The position numbers and the translations under genes were made by a program. A DNA stretch of 64,000 nucleotides from an uncultured Acetatifactor sp. (GTDB lineage Bacteria > Bacillota > Clostridia > Lachnospirales > Lachnospiraceae), in assembly GCA_910584435.1 (NCBI GenBank), contig CAJUAP010000017.1, positions 222 through 64,221 on the forward strand, written 5' to 3'. Below are positions 30,643-40,293 of the stretch, piece after piece. A model generated the notes under the pieces. The model was given only the letters and a program-made list of their open reading frames with translations. It was not told where the DNA came from and did not search any database. The stretch's first letter is position 1. Each line of letters starts with the position of its first letter.

Positions 30643-31500
30643 ATGGTTTATTTATCACATTTTTCTTTCCCGGATATAGAACAGGAGTATAGTTTTCTGA
30701 TGGGAATGAAAAGAACATGTTATGATACGTATTATCCGTTTCAGGTGTTGTCCAGGCATCAGCTGCGGATGCTGGATTTTGAACCGGTGACAATTTTATA
30801 TGGCGGAAACGGTTCCGGGAAGACGACTGCGTTAAACGTGATTGCGGAGAAACTGGGGCTCAAGAGGGATACGGCATATAACAGGTCGAATTTCTATGAA
30901 GATTATACCAGGATGTGTGATTTTGAGACCCAGGGAAAGATTCCGAAGGACAGCAGGATCATTACCAGCGACGATGTATTTGATTTCATATTAAACCTGC
31001 GGAGTCTGAATGACGGGATTAATCAAAAGAGGGAAGATTTGTTCGAGGAATATCTGGAGGCGAAATATTCTCATTTTCAGATGAAATCTCTGGATGACTA
31101 TGAACAGCTGAAAAAGTCTCATATGGCTAAGACAAAGACACAATCCCGTTACGTCCGCAATCAGCTTATGGATAATGTGCGGGAACACTCCAATGGAGAG
31201 AGCGCTTTTCTTTATTTTACCGAGAAGATACAGGAAAACGGATTGTATCTTCTGGACGAGCCGGAAAACAGCCTGTCTCCGTTGCGCCAGCAGGAATTGC
31301 TGAAATTCCTGGAGGATTCCGCCCGTTTTTTCGGGTGTCAGTTTATCATTTCAACACATTCACCTTTTCTGCTTTCTATCAAAAGTGCGAAGATTTATGA
31401 TATGGATGAAGAACCGGTGGATGTGAAAAAGTGGACTAAGCTGCCGGGAATTCGGGTGTATTATGATTTCTTCCGGCAGCATGAGAGGGAATTTGATTGA
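30643..31500 (+). CDS. AAA/ABC-type ATPase (AAA_21-like)
   Basis: Motifs GGNGSGKT, SNGES, LLDEPENSLS and STHSP. Confidence 0.9.
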   Translation: MVYLSHFSFPDIEQEYSFLMGMKRTCYDTYYPFQVLSRHQLRMLDFEPVTILYGGNGSGKTTALNVIAEKLGLKRDTAYNRSNFYEDYTRMCDFETQGKIPKDSRIITSDDVFDFILNLRSLNDGINQKREDLFEEYLEAKYSHFQMKSLDDYEQLKKSHMAKTKTQSRYVRNQLMDNVREHSNGESAFLYFTEKIQENGLYLLDEPENSLSPLRQQELLKFLEDSARFFGCQFIISTHSPFLLSIKSAKIYDMDEEPVDVKKWTKLPGIRVYYDFFRQHEREFD

Positions 31501-31757
31501 TTTTTATATGCCCTTTGTTACTCTTTGTATACGGGACAAGGGGTATTTTTTTGACGCTGTTTGAATGAAATATTCCGTTTGTATTCTACATAAAAGGGAG
31601 CTGTCAGGGGAGCATATCCCTGGGGAGTTCAGGTGAAGGGGTGAGCAGTATTCTATGCGGCGGAGACGGTAAAGTTTATGCCGGGCTGTGATATGGCAGA
31701 AGCCGGGGACTTACCTCATCAATGTAACGGACAGCATTGATGAGGTTATATGTAATT

Positions 31758-32702
31758 TCAGAGCTTCTCAGGCGCCTCTTCCTGAAGAATCGGCGGAATC
31801 TGTGCCATCAGGTTATCAATGTCTTCAAACATACTGCTTTTGGTGGTGCCCAGCATACTTGCCATTTTGATATGACTCATGACATCCTGATACATTCCTC
31901 TTATTTTATCAAAAAAGCCATGCAGGAGCTGGAAGGAAGTCTGAGAGCGGTCAATGACATCGCCGATTTCGGTTTGTACGGTAACAGCTCCTTCCGCAGC
32001 TTCTGTAATCTGCTGGAATAAGACATCCGTTTCGCTTACCTGGGCAATGTTCTGCTGTAAGGAATGTCTGGAATTCTCAATATGGGAATGCAGTTCCTGA
32101 CTGCCATGTTCTACATTTTCGATGCCGCTGTGGACTTCTGCGGAAAGTTCCTTGATTTCTCCTGCCAGCTTTTTTACTTCTGTTGCAACTACTGCGAATC
32201 CTTTTCCGGCCTGTCCGGCTCTGGCGGCTTCGATGCTGGCATTCAGAGCGAGAATATTGGTCTGGTCGGCAATGGACACAATTTTGTTCATGTAGTGTTT
32301 GATGCTTTCTACGGATGTCAGAAGTTCCTCAAAGGTAGCAGTCATTTGGCTGAAACCCGCTTCCATTTCTTTTGATTTCATATTCAGGGCATTGATGCCA
32401 TCCTGCGCCTGCGTCACGGAAGCAACAATCTGACTTCTCACATTGTTAAAAGAACCGGATACCTGGCCGATCTCATTAAAAGTCTCCTGAAATTCCTGCA
32501 GCTTATCTTGAAAAAGCTCCGCTTCGGATAATACGCTGCTAAAAGAACGGTTTATCATGTCAAGTTCGCTTAAAGTGTCTACTTCCTGCTTCACTAACCG
32601 GCGATGGTAGTCTTTTAGGCTGTTCATTACAAATAAAACAGGATACAGCCCTCTTTTATTGGATTTATGGGTGATACCGGAGCTTTTTTTATTGCGAATC
32701 AT
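31758..32702 (-). CDS. cytoplasmic methyl-accepting chemotaxis protein
   Basis: MCP hairpin [30 protein letters not shown]; no clear TM segment. Confidence 0.9.
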   Translation of the reverse strand: MIRNKKSSGITHKSNKRGLYPVLFVMNSLKDYHRRLVKQEVDTLSELDMINRSFSSVLSEAELFQDKLQEFQETFNEIGQVSGSFNNVRSQIVASVTQAQDGINALNMKSKEMEAGFSQMTATFEELLTSVESIKHYMNKIVSIADQTNILALNASIEAARAGQAGKGFAVVATEVKKLAGEIKELSAEVHSGIENVEHGSQELHSHIENSRHSLQQNIAQVSETDVLFQQITEAAEGAVTVQTEIGDVIDRSQTSFQLLHGFFDKIRGMYQDVMSHIKMASMLGTTKSSMFEDIDNLMAQIPPILQEEAPEKL

Positions 32703-32780
32703 ACATTCCCTCCTTGCCTGCTATGGACAGGCGTCTCTATAAACAGATTGTTACATACGGAAAGACGGCAGTGCGGCGTT

Positions 32781-33836
32781 TTATTCAAAAGCCACACAAG
32801 TCATGGATTGATTGACAAATTGGTTATTATAATGTTCTCCATAGCCTATGAGACCGGCATGATTGCCTAAAGCAGACATATCCTTCAGATAATCCTGCAT
32901 ATAGCCGCGTTCGCTGAAGAGTTTGTAGCGGAACAGGCAGTTGACAGAGAATACGGCGGAGGGCTTAGGGAAGTCCGAGAGGATTCTGCGGATGGTTTCC
33001 CGAACGGTGGATCTGACATCACCTAATTCTAACAGTGTCAGTACATCGGAATCATTGACCTGACGGAAGCAGACAAGGGAGTTGCCCTGAACTTCCTTGA
33101 TGGAAATAATGCAGGTGTCATTGCCGTTCAGTTTGCCGAAGGGATTCTGGAAGGTTTGTGTCAATATCTGCTGCTCCGTCACGTGCAGAATATTCTGGTA
33201 GACCTGTTTGGCAGACTGGCCGTTGAGTGCGCCGATAACATATTTGGATTTGTCAGTCTGAGAGGCAATAAAGCGGTAATTTCCCATGGGCTGATAGATA
33301 TTTTCTTTATAAGCCCGAACTCTGCCATGCTGATTGCGCACCAGTGCATAGGCAACCGCATCTTCATAGATATGGCCGTTGGCAGATACTTTTCCGCCAT
33401 CGCCGGTGCCTCCTACCAGTGAGATATTGCGATGTCTCAGAGCAGCGTGCATTGTCGTGAGCACACAGGCGTCATTTCCGGCGCATAAGTCAATACATAT
33501 GGTATTTTGCTGTGCTGCGTTAATCTGCTCTAAGTCCTGTTCCAGACGTTGTATGTATTTTACAGGCATCTTTGATACCTCTTCCAACACATTGGCCGTT
33601 GCCATAACACCATCATAAAATGCAATCAGTACAACGCCTTGTTCTGCTACCTGGGTATGATAGCCCATGCCGATACAGCCTATGCTGGGAATTCCAGGAT
33701 AGAGTGCTTCCAGTTCACGCACATGGGAACTGAACTGTTCACTGTTGGAAAACAACATGATCAGCTGCGGTTGTTGGAGACCCTGGGCAGCTTCCTTTAA
33801 ATTACCCTGTCTGCTCATGCCGAAGAATTGTCTCAT
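32781..33836 (-). CDS. FIST-domain protein
   Basis: LVGGTG, LNG..AK, NCLFR and GYGEH...NQS are FIST N/C signatures. Confidence 0.85.
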   Translation of the reverse strand: MRQFFGMSRQGNLKEAAQGLQQPQLIMLFSNSEQFSSHVRELEALYPGIPSIGCIGMGYHTQVAEQGVVLIAFYDGVMATANVLEEVSKMPVKYIQRLEQDLEQINAAQQNTICIDLCAGNDACVLTTMHAALRHRNISLVGGTGDGGKVSANGHIYEDAVAYALVRNQHGRVRAYKENIYQPMGNYRFIASQTDKSKYVIGALNGQSAKQVYQNILHVTEQQILTQTFQNPFGKLNGNDTCIISIKEVQGNSLVCFRQVNDSDVLTLLELGDVRSTVRETIRRILSDFPKPSAVFSVNCLFRYKLFSERGYMQDYLKDMSALGNHAGLIGYGEHYNNQFVNQSMTCVAFE

Positions 33837-33982
33837 TGCGTTGCTCCTTTCTTCACGGGTTCAAAGTCGGAATAACTCTTCCGAAACCGTTTTTCCATTC
33901 ATTTTCATAAAGTAATATCGGCAATATTGTATCAAATCTTGGTTGGAAGGTCAACAGTTTCGTGAATTTAAGAGACTGATTG

Positions 33983-34185
33983 TTATGTATAATACTGTGC
34001 CTGGGTATTCCAAAGTTCAAAATATCTTCCGTTTTTGCCTGCTGACAGCATTTCGCGGCTGCCGCGCTGCACCGGGCATCCCTCATGGAGCACAACAATA
34101 TCATCACAGAACCGGCAGGATGAGAGCCGGCGGGAAATGTAGATGGCAGTTTTAGCCTTTACCATGGCATCGAAGCCGGAGTAAG
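33983..34185 (-). pseudogene. C-terminal fragment of ABC exporter ATPase
   Basis: KTAIYISRRLSSCRFCDDIVV...YFELWNTQAQYY; no N-terminus or Walker motifs, and the H-switch His is replaced. Confidence 0.75.
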
Positions 34186-34199
34186 TCTGGCAGCAGCTG

Positions 34200-34547
34200 C
34201 CTCATTTCCAAGTGGCGGGAGAAGGATTTACGGACAAGGTGGGGGGGCTGGATATCCAGCTGGGCAGGGAATTCGGAGGAACAGAACTTTCAGGCGGCGA
34301 GTGGCAGAAACTGGCCATAGCGAGGGGCTTGTGGAAGGAAAGCGACATCATTATCCTCGACGAGCCCACCAGTGCCCTGGATCCCCTGGTGGAATATGAT
34401 ATATTGTCCCAATTCATGGAAATGATAAAGGACAAAACCTCCGTTATCATATCCCACCGGGTGTGCATCTGCCGTATGGCGGATAGGATCATCGTGATGA
34501 AGGGCGGACAAGTGTGGGAATGTGGAAAGCATGAGGAGCTTTTTTAA
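34200..34547 (+). pseudogene. C-terminal fragment of ABC exporter ATPase
   Basis: LSGGEWQKLAIAR, LDEPTSALDP and ISHR present; Walker A and TM domain missing. Confidence 0.8.
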
Positions 34548-34700
34548 GTGTCAAAGCTGAAAAGCATATAAACCGGTTGCTTTTTTATGTTATGTTTTGT
34601 ATAATAAAGAAAATAGGTAATTGATTTTATGAAAGGCTGATTTTGCTTTTCAAATGGTGCTGACAGGATGGAAGCGAGATTGAAATGGAAGGAGGAAAAA

Positions 34701-35192
34701 ATGAGACGAGTAAATCGCGGTTTGTTATCCGGGCTATTGGCAGGGGCTCTGCTTCTTTCGCCGGTGTCCATGGTTACAGTTTCTGCGCATGGGCATCATG
34801 GCGAGAATGGCGGACATCATGGCGGACAGAGCAATTCCAATGTGACATATTATTGCGGAGGCCATGGAGCGCATTGTCATGAGAACGGGGTGTGCCCGTA
34901 TGCAGGAGAGACGGATGCAAATGTTGGAACGGATGAAAATGCCGGAACCGATGTACCGTACTATTACTGCGGAGGCCATGAAGGGCATCATCACGAGAAC
35001 GGGGTGTGCCCGTATGCAGGAGAAGTTGACATGTCTTTGGCACCAACGGAGGTAAAGGTTCCTGATAAGGGGATTGAGGAACCTGGCTATTTGTCAGCTA
35101 TAGGGAGCGGAGAACTCAGGAAGAGGGATAGAAGTAATTTTTTGGTAAGAAGTAAAAATGTATGCCTGGGCAGGATAGGGTATCTGAGATAA
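34701..35192 (+). CDS. secreted His/Cys-rich protein with two YYCGGHxxHxHENGVCPY repeats (YHYH-like)
   Basis: GGAGG RBS, signal peptide ending VSA, duplicated motif. Confidence 0.75.
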   Translation: MRRVNRGLLSGLLAGALLLSPVSMVTVSAHGHHGENGGHHGGQSNSNVTYYCGGHGAHCHENGVCPYAGETDANVGTDENAGTDVPYYYCGGHEGHHHENGVCPYAGEVDMSLAPTEVKVPDKGIEEPGYLSAIGSGELRKRDRSNFLVRSKNVCLGRIGYLR

Positions 35193-35287
35193 AAAGGTTC
35201 GAAATTCAAAATGGAATAATGCAGAATCTGAAACTATGTAATGCAAAAGTATATCTGTCAGAAACAAGATAGTGCAGGTAAAATACA

Positions 35288-35321
35288 GAAAGGGAATAAT
35301 CAATTGAGATTATTCCCTTTC
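35288..35321. terminator. hairpin terminator between convergent genes
   Basis: GAAAGGGAATAATC / GATTATTCCCTTTC inverted repeat. Confidence 0.75.
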
Positions 35322-35332
35322 AAAATTATTAT

Positions 35333-35506
35333 TTAATTGTAGTTGTCAATGCAGGGCTGAAACATATCTTTGGATACGCCGCATAAAGGACAGCACCAGT
35401 CATCAGGAAGATCCTCAAATGCTGTGCCGGGAGCAATGCCGTGTTCAGGATCACCCTTTTCAGGGTCATAAGTATATCCGCAAGGGTTACAAAAATATTT
35501 CTTCAT
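35333..35506 (-). CDS. rubredoxin (absent from the ORF track, 57 aa)
   Basis: [66 protein letters not shown]. Confidence 0.95.
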   Translation of the reverse strand: MKKYFCNPCGYTYDPEKGDPEHGIAPGTAFEDLPDDWCCPLCGVSKDMFQPCIDNYN

Positions 35507-35586
35507 AATAATTCGTCTCCTTATCCATTATATTATTTGATGAAATTTAACCCATCTCTTTAATAAATTTTTCTGTGTATTTTTTC

Positions 35587-35689
35587 GCCGAGGTTTTTGG
35601 CATTAGCTGAAATATCTCTTTAACAGACCCTCAAATGCCGAGGCATTTGGCATTAGCTGAAATATCTCTTTAACAGACCCTCAAATGCC
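35587..35689. repeat. 50-bp tandem duplication of the displaced rbr 3' end
   Basis: TTTGGCATTAGCTGAAATATCTCTTTAACAGACCCTCAAATGCC recurs with period 50 (CATTAGCTGA at 35601 and 35651). Confidence 0.9.
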
Positions 35690-35737
35690 TTGCCGTGTCT
35701 CGCCTCATCCCTTGCCATCTCATGTACGGTGTCATGG
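35684..35737. repeat. att site (displaced native rbr 3' end)
   Basis: AATGCCTTGCCGTGTCTCGCCTCATCCCTTGCCATCTCATGTACGGTGTCATGG; minus strand encodes [18 protein letters not shown]. Confidence 0.93.
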
Positions 35738-35762
35738 GATTTGCGCTTCTTTGACTGTGAAT

Positions 35763-35791
35763 ATTGTAGCATTTACAAGGGTTTGCGTCAA
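35763..35791 (-). promoter_or_regulatory. outward-facing sigmaA promoter at element end
   Basis: Minus strand reads TTGACG-N17-TACAAT with an extended -10 TG. Confidence 0.65.
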
Positions 35792-35797
35792 GAGGGA

Positions 35798-35871
35798 AGG
35801 ACAACATTTAGGACAATCTAAACAACAACTATAAACAACCTCTTTAGAAGTTCGGACAACAAAAGGACAAT
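35798..35871. promoter_or_regulatory. putative integrase arm-type binding sites
   Basis: Four (A)GGACAA(C/T) copies; GGACAACAAAAGGACAAT at 35854 is identical to 44127. Confidence 0.7.
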
Positions 35872-35889
35872 TTCTAAGGAGGTTTTATC

Positions 35890-37110
35890 ATGGCAGAACA
35901 ACAGGCAGCAGGAGTATATCAGTTAGACAATGGGTATTGGGGTTATCGCTTTGTACTTACAGTAAATGGAAAGAAGAAAGCGCAAAAGAGAGTAAAAGAC
36001 GAATTAGGTAATCCCTACAAGACGCAAAAACAGGCAGCAAAGGCAAGAAGCATAGCATTAGCACAAGAGCAAGCTAAAATACAGTTGCCGCCACAAAAGC
36101 AGATTACAAGGCAGACAGTAGCAGAGGTGTATCAAGAATACTGTGAGAAAGGCAGGAGCGGAAAAGCCTATGCAACTATCAAGAAACAGGATTCTTTATG
36201 GAACAATCATTTATGCGCTAGATTCGGTAAAAGATACATTGATGAAATAACAGTAGCGGAAATACAAGATTATCTGGAAGAATTGTATTATACAGACAAT
36301 AGGGCATATTCCTATACAGAATCCTTTTTGAAAATGTTCTATCTGATATTCGGACAAGCGTATTCCAGAAATTATATTGATGTAGATTCCTATAACAAAT
36401 TATGCGTAAACAAAGATACTAAAATTCATATGCCGAAATTAAAGATTGATGATGATTTAGACATTGTTTCTTTTGATGATAAGGAGATAGAGCAATTAGA
36501 CAGTTATTTCAGCGGTACAAATGCAGAGACAGCTTATATGTTGGGGAAATATTGCGGCTTGCGTATCAATGAATGTTATGGTTTGAAGTGGTCTAATGTA
36601 GATTTGAAAAGCGGCATTATTACAATAGACAGACAAATGCAGTATCAAGAAGGGCTGATAAAGTTAGTTTCTCTGAAAACCAGAAACGCAAAGAGAAAAA
36701 TCTATATGTGCAGCAAATTAAAGGACTACTTTAAAAAGCTAAAGCGGCAGCAGGAGCAGGATAAAAAGGAATTAGCATTGCAAAGGCAGCAGAACCAGAC
36801 ATTTATACAAGATTTGAATGGGGAAATGATTTCTTCTCTTGAATTGGTTAATTCGCTGCCTAATGGTAAAATACAGACAGTTAATTCCATGAAATACCAT
36901 TCCAGAACTTTACAGGGCGAACACAATATTTCCTTTAAATACCATTATCTAAGGCATACTTATGGAACAAATTTAGCCGCTTTGAATACACCAGAATATC
37001 TATTATGTAATCAAATGGGGCACGCTAATAGTAATGTTACACATAAATATTATGTTGCCATCTCTGAAAGGGGCGTAGATGAACTGTTAAAGAATCTCGA
37101 AAAGATGTAA
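35890..37110 (+). CDS. tyrosine recombinase/integrase
   Basis: N-terminal arm-binding-like domain; catalytic GLRINE, HYLRHT and MGH...THKYY. Confidence 0.95.
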   Translation: MAEQQAAGVYQLDNGYWGYRFVLTVNGKKKAQKRVKDELGNPYKTQKQAAKARSIALAQEQAKIQLPPQKQITRQTVAEVYQEYCEKGRSGKAYATIKKQDSLWNNHLCARFGKRYIDEITVAEIQDYLEELYYTDNRAYSYTESFLKMFYLIFGQAYSRNYIDVDSYNKLCVNKDTKIHMPKLKIDDDLDIVSFDDKEIEQLDSYFSGTNAETAYMLGKYCGLRINECYGLKWSNVDLKSGIITIDRQMQYQEGLIKLVSLKTRNAKRKIYMCSKLKDYFKKLKRQQEQDKKELALQRQQNQTFIQDLNGEMISSLELVNSLPNGKIQTVNSMKYHSRTLQGEHNISFKYHYLRHTYGTNLAALNTPEYLLCNQMGHANSNVTHKYYVAISERGVDELLKNLEKM

Positions 37111-37218
37111 TTGTATACAGTCACATAAAACCAAATAGGGAGAAATTTTCTTGAACTGTAATTTTTATAATGATAATAGAAATTTTCTCTCCATTCTTCA
37201 AGAAGGGAGATTATAGAA

Positions 37219-37449
37219 ATGGAAGAACTGTATTCAATTATGAGAGACTTTTTAGAGGTAGAGTATAATCAAGAATCCCTGTTATGTCTTTTAAAGGCAG
37301 CAGAAGCCGCATATACAGGTAAAAAACAGGTAGAAGCTAAATTGATTGCCAACAGTACAAAATACTATTTACAAGCCTTACAAGAGGAATTAAAGGCGGC
37401 TATCAACAGATTAGATTCCTACATAGCGGAAAACGCAAAGAAGCAATAA
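37219..37449 (+). CDS. small hypothetical protein
   Basis: AAGGGAG RBS and a TGA-TAATAT-like -10 upstream; helical. Confidence 0.7.
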   Translation: MEELYSIMRDFLEVEYNQESLLCLLKAAEAAYTGKKQVEAKLIANSTKYYLQALQEELKAAINRLDSYIAENAKKQ

Positions 37450-37490
37450 TACAATAGGCAGCGGCATTATAGAAATAGAAATGCTGCTGC

Positions 37491-37715
37491 CTATACTTTT
37501 GGATATTCTGATTTGATATTGCTTGCTCCTGTGATATAGTCCATAGAAACATTGTAAAATTTGGCAAGAATCAAGAGATTGTCAACAGGGATTCTTGTTT
37601 TGCCGCTTTCATAATCTGCATATGTTCTTTGTCCTATGTGGAGCAGGTCGGCTATTTTCTGTTGGGTCAAAGATGAATCTTCTCTAATTTCCCTTATCCG
37701 CTCATTATATTTCAT
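37491..37715 (-). CDS. XRE-family HTH repressor
   Basis: IREIRE..LTQQKIADLLHIGQRTYADYESG...FYNVSMDYI. Confidence 0.92.
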   Translation of the reverse strand: MKYNERIREIREDSSLTQQKIADLLHIGQRTYADYESGKTRIPVDNLLILAKFYNVSMDYITGASNIKSEYPKV

Positions 37716-37760
37716 GCAGTTATCACCTCAAAAATAGTATAAGTGATAGGCACATGATTC

Positions 37761-37807
37761 TTGACAAATAGAGTTATAAACTCTAAAATAATAGGGGAGT
37801 TATACTC
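37761..37807 (+). promoter_or_regulatory. promoter with palindromic operators for the cargo operon
   Basis: TTGACA-N17-TAAAAT; TAGAGTTATAAACTCTA lies in the spacer and GAGTTATACTC lies downstream. Confidence 0.7.
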
Positions 37808-37843
37808 AACAGCAGAAAAATAAAAATGAAAGGACAAAGCATA

Positions 37844-38332
37844 ATGGCAGACAATGAAAAAATTGTATTTGAAATTGATGGAAATATGGGGAAAACATTG
37901 AGAGTTTATGAAAACAGATGTGTTATATCCATAACTGGAAAGAAAGCAATTTTATATGGTGCAGGGTTAAATGGGGATAAAGAGTTTTATTATTCGGACA
38001 TTACCTCTGTTCAATTTAAAAATTTGGGAATGACAACAGGGTTTTTACAATTTGAGTATGCGGGTTCACATAGTACAAATAATTTTGTAAATGAAAATTC
38101 ATTTACATTTTCCGCAACAATGGGAACAGCAAAACATAAGAAATTAAAAGAGGATATGCCGCCGATTTATGAATATGTACAGGACAGGGTAAGGGCGGCA
38201 AAAGAATCTAAAAATAATCCTGCTAATGTGTCAGCGGCGGATGAAATATTGAAATTTAAGCAATTATTAGACAGTGGTATTATCACACAAGAAGAATATG
38301 AATCAAAGAAAAAACAGCTTTTAGGGGTATGA
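37844..38332 (+). CDS. PH-like/SHOCT-domain protein
   Basis: C-terminal ADEILKFKQLLDSGIITQEEYESKKKQLLG is a SHOCT motif; the YSDITSVQFK...GFLQF region is PH-like. Confidence 0.85.
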   Translation: MADNEKIVFEIDGNMGKTLRVYENRCVISITGKKAILYGAGLNGDKEFYYSDITSVQFKNLGMTTGFLQFEYAGSHSTNNFVNENSFTFSATMGTAKHKKLKEDMPPIYEYVQDRVRAAKESKNNPANVSAADEILKFKQLLDSGIITQEEYESKKKQLLGV

Positions 38333-38338
38333 AAAATA

Positions 38339-38518
38339 GTGGATAAAAAATTTTTCCTTAATGAAAATACAAGAAAATTACATATAGTAGGCGGCTGCTA
38401 TCAATCAAAGGTACTTCCATACCAGATAAAGTATTTTGAAACAGAAGATGAAGTGATTGCAAAGGAAACAAGATATTTTTCATATTGCAAAATATGTTTT
38501 AAGAAAGGAGGGTTATAA
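38339..38518 (+). CDS. small Zn-binding protein, Ada metal-binding-like (absent from the ORF track, 59 aa)
   Basis: GTG start: VDKKFFLNENTRKLHIVGGC...KYFETEDEVIAKETRYFSYCKICFKKGGL. It fills the gap exactly and its stop abuts the next ATG. Confidence 0.65.
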   Translation: MDKKFFLNENTRKLHIVGGCYQSKVLPYQIKYFETEDEVIAKETRYFSYCKICFKKGGL

Positions 38519-38749
38519 ATGCTTTATGCGCTTATCGCCATTGTGCTACTATTTGTTAATGCCCTGTGTGCTTATTTTATGAAACAATCGGCAGTCATGA
38601 AAGGTTATGGAGAAGATTCCCACATTTGGGCAATTTGTTTTTGGTGCGGCTTGTTTGGGTATCTGTATGTTATATCTTTACCAGATAAAATACAACAGAA
38701 TCAAAACCAACAAATTATTGAATTGTTGAGCAAGAGAAAGGAAGATTAG
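38519..38749 (+). CDS. small two-TM membrane protein
   Basis: AGGAGG RBS; KGY...W.F..GLFGYLYVISLPD. Confidence 0.75.
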   Translation: MLYALIAIVLLFVNALCAYFMKQSAVMKGYGEDSHIWAICFWCGLFGYLYVISLPDKIQQNQNQQIIELLSKRKED

Positions 38750-38752
38750 AAA

Positions 38753-39310
38753 ATGATAAAATGTCCTTCCTGTGGTAAAGCTATTTCGGAATATGCTATT
38801 GCTTGTCCGAACTGTGGAGCGGATTTAAAAAGCAAAGAAATAATAGTAAAGACAGAAAAAGCTATAACAATACAAAAGCAGAATAGAAAAAAGAAGCAAA
38901 TTAATTTTATTATCAATATGGCTATACTGTTATTTGTTGGAATGTTGACTTTATTTTTACATATGCGTATTTTTTACATGGGGTTATCTGCAAATGTTTT
39001 TGATTTTGCTATATATTTTTTAGCGGTAGTCTATTCTGTATTTAATATTATTAGATATAGATTATTTAGCGGAAAATCAAAAACAAATATTATAATTATA
39101 GCGATAGCAGGAGTTTTTGTTTTTGCATTAGCGGCATATCTATATAAACCAATTAGTTTTGCTTTATATGGGGGTACTCCAAGTGATGATATTATTTTAT
39201 ATGCGGTAACTCTGAATAAATGGTTTAAAATAGTATCTGTCTTTTTCGGTCTGGTATGGGGATTTCTTGCAATAGAGAGTATTTGTTTTATAAAGGATAA
39301 TAAGAAGTAA
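38753..39310 (+). CDS. zinc-ribbon membrane protein
   Basis: CPSCG...CPNCG N-terminus followed by four TM segments. Confidence 0.8.
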   Translation: MIKCPSCGKAISEYAIACPNCGADLKSKEIIVKTEKAITIQKQNRKKKQINFIINMAILLFVGMLTLFLHMRIFYMGLSANVFDFAIYFLAVVYSVFNIIRYRLFSGKSKTNIIIIAIAGVFVFALAAYLYKPISFALYGGTPSDDIILYAVTLNKWFKIVSVFFGLVWGFLAIESICFIKDNKK

Positions 39311-39327
39311 TAGAGGGCAGCAGGATT

Positions 39328-40038
39328 TTAATTTCCTGCTGCCTGTTTCAATTCGGCTTTATATTTGTAATAGGAATTTCTGGAAATTCCTGCAATTTTT
39401 ATAACTTCTGAATCGGTATTAGTACCATTAAAATCTTTGCTATTTTTCAAAATGATTTCTTTAGCGGCAGTTTCTTTTTTAGTGGTGTATTTATTTCCCT
39501 TAATTCTGCCTATCTGCTTTCCATTCAGCTTTGCAGTTTTGATTCCCTCGGAAGTCCGCTGATGTAAGTCTAAAACCTCTTTTTCCGCTTGTTCAAAAGC
39601 AATTCTGATTTGTTCCTTTGCAAGTGATAATAAATATTTGTTGATTCCCTCTAAGATGAAGTCTACATTAGTACCAGTCATTTGTATATTGCTTTCTAAG
39701 GCTTTTTTATAAGTATCTGTGTTAATATGCGGCTCTTTGAGAAAAACAAGGTTGATTCCAAGATTAAACAATTCTTCATAGAGTGAAAAGCCTTCTTCTG
39801 CATTTCTTGACATTCTGGAAACAGAATCAAATATAATTGTAACTTCCTTTCCTGCTGCTGATTCCTGCTTTACCAGTTTGTAAAGTTTATTCCATTCTTT
39901 TCTGCCTGTTGTCTTTGTGCCTGTGTAGACTTCTTTAACAATGTGTGCAGCAGGATAAACCTCTAAAATGTTCCGCTCTTGTCTGTCTATGTTCTGCTTT
40001 GATGTGCTGATTCTGCAATATCCATATTCTTCTTTCAT
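39328..40038 (-). CDS. serine recombinase (resolvase/invertase family)
   Basis: YCRIST..Q..DRQ, SVSRMSRN and a C-terminal HTH (GISRNSYYKY). Confidence 0.92.
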   Translation of the reverse strand: MKEEYGYCRISTSKQNIDRQERNILEVYPAAHIVKEVYTGTKTTGRKEWNKLYKLVKQESAAGKEVTIIFDSVSRMSRNAEEGFSLYEELFNLGINLVFLKEPHINTDTYKKALESNIQMTGTNVDFILEGINKYLLSLAKEQIRIAFEQAEKEVLDLHQRTSEGIKTAKLNGKQIGRIKGNKYTTKKETAAKEIILKNSKDFNGTNTDSEVIKIAGISRNSYYKYKAELKQAAGN

Positions 40039-40293
40039 AGTCTTTCTATCTCCTTTTGTACCAGATTAAACGAACTTCTTTTTTGATACTATTATTCTAC
40101 CATGAAAAGCCGCTTATGTCAACAATTTTGGTACAATTTTTAACAGGTTTATTTTGGTACAATTAAATCTGAAAAAATTTCAAATAAATTTATCCAAGTA
40201 CAAAATTTTGCACACCATAGAATATATAATAAGTACATAAGATAAAGGAAAACAAAAGAACAAACAACAACTTAGAAAAAGGAGATAATAACC

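Noticed and set aside
31590..31750. possible gene remnant (SILCGGDGKVYAGL)
   Set aside because: Too short to assign without a homology search.
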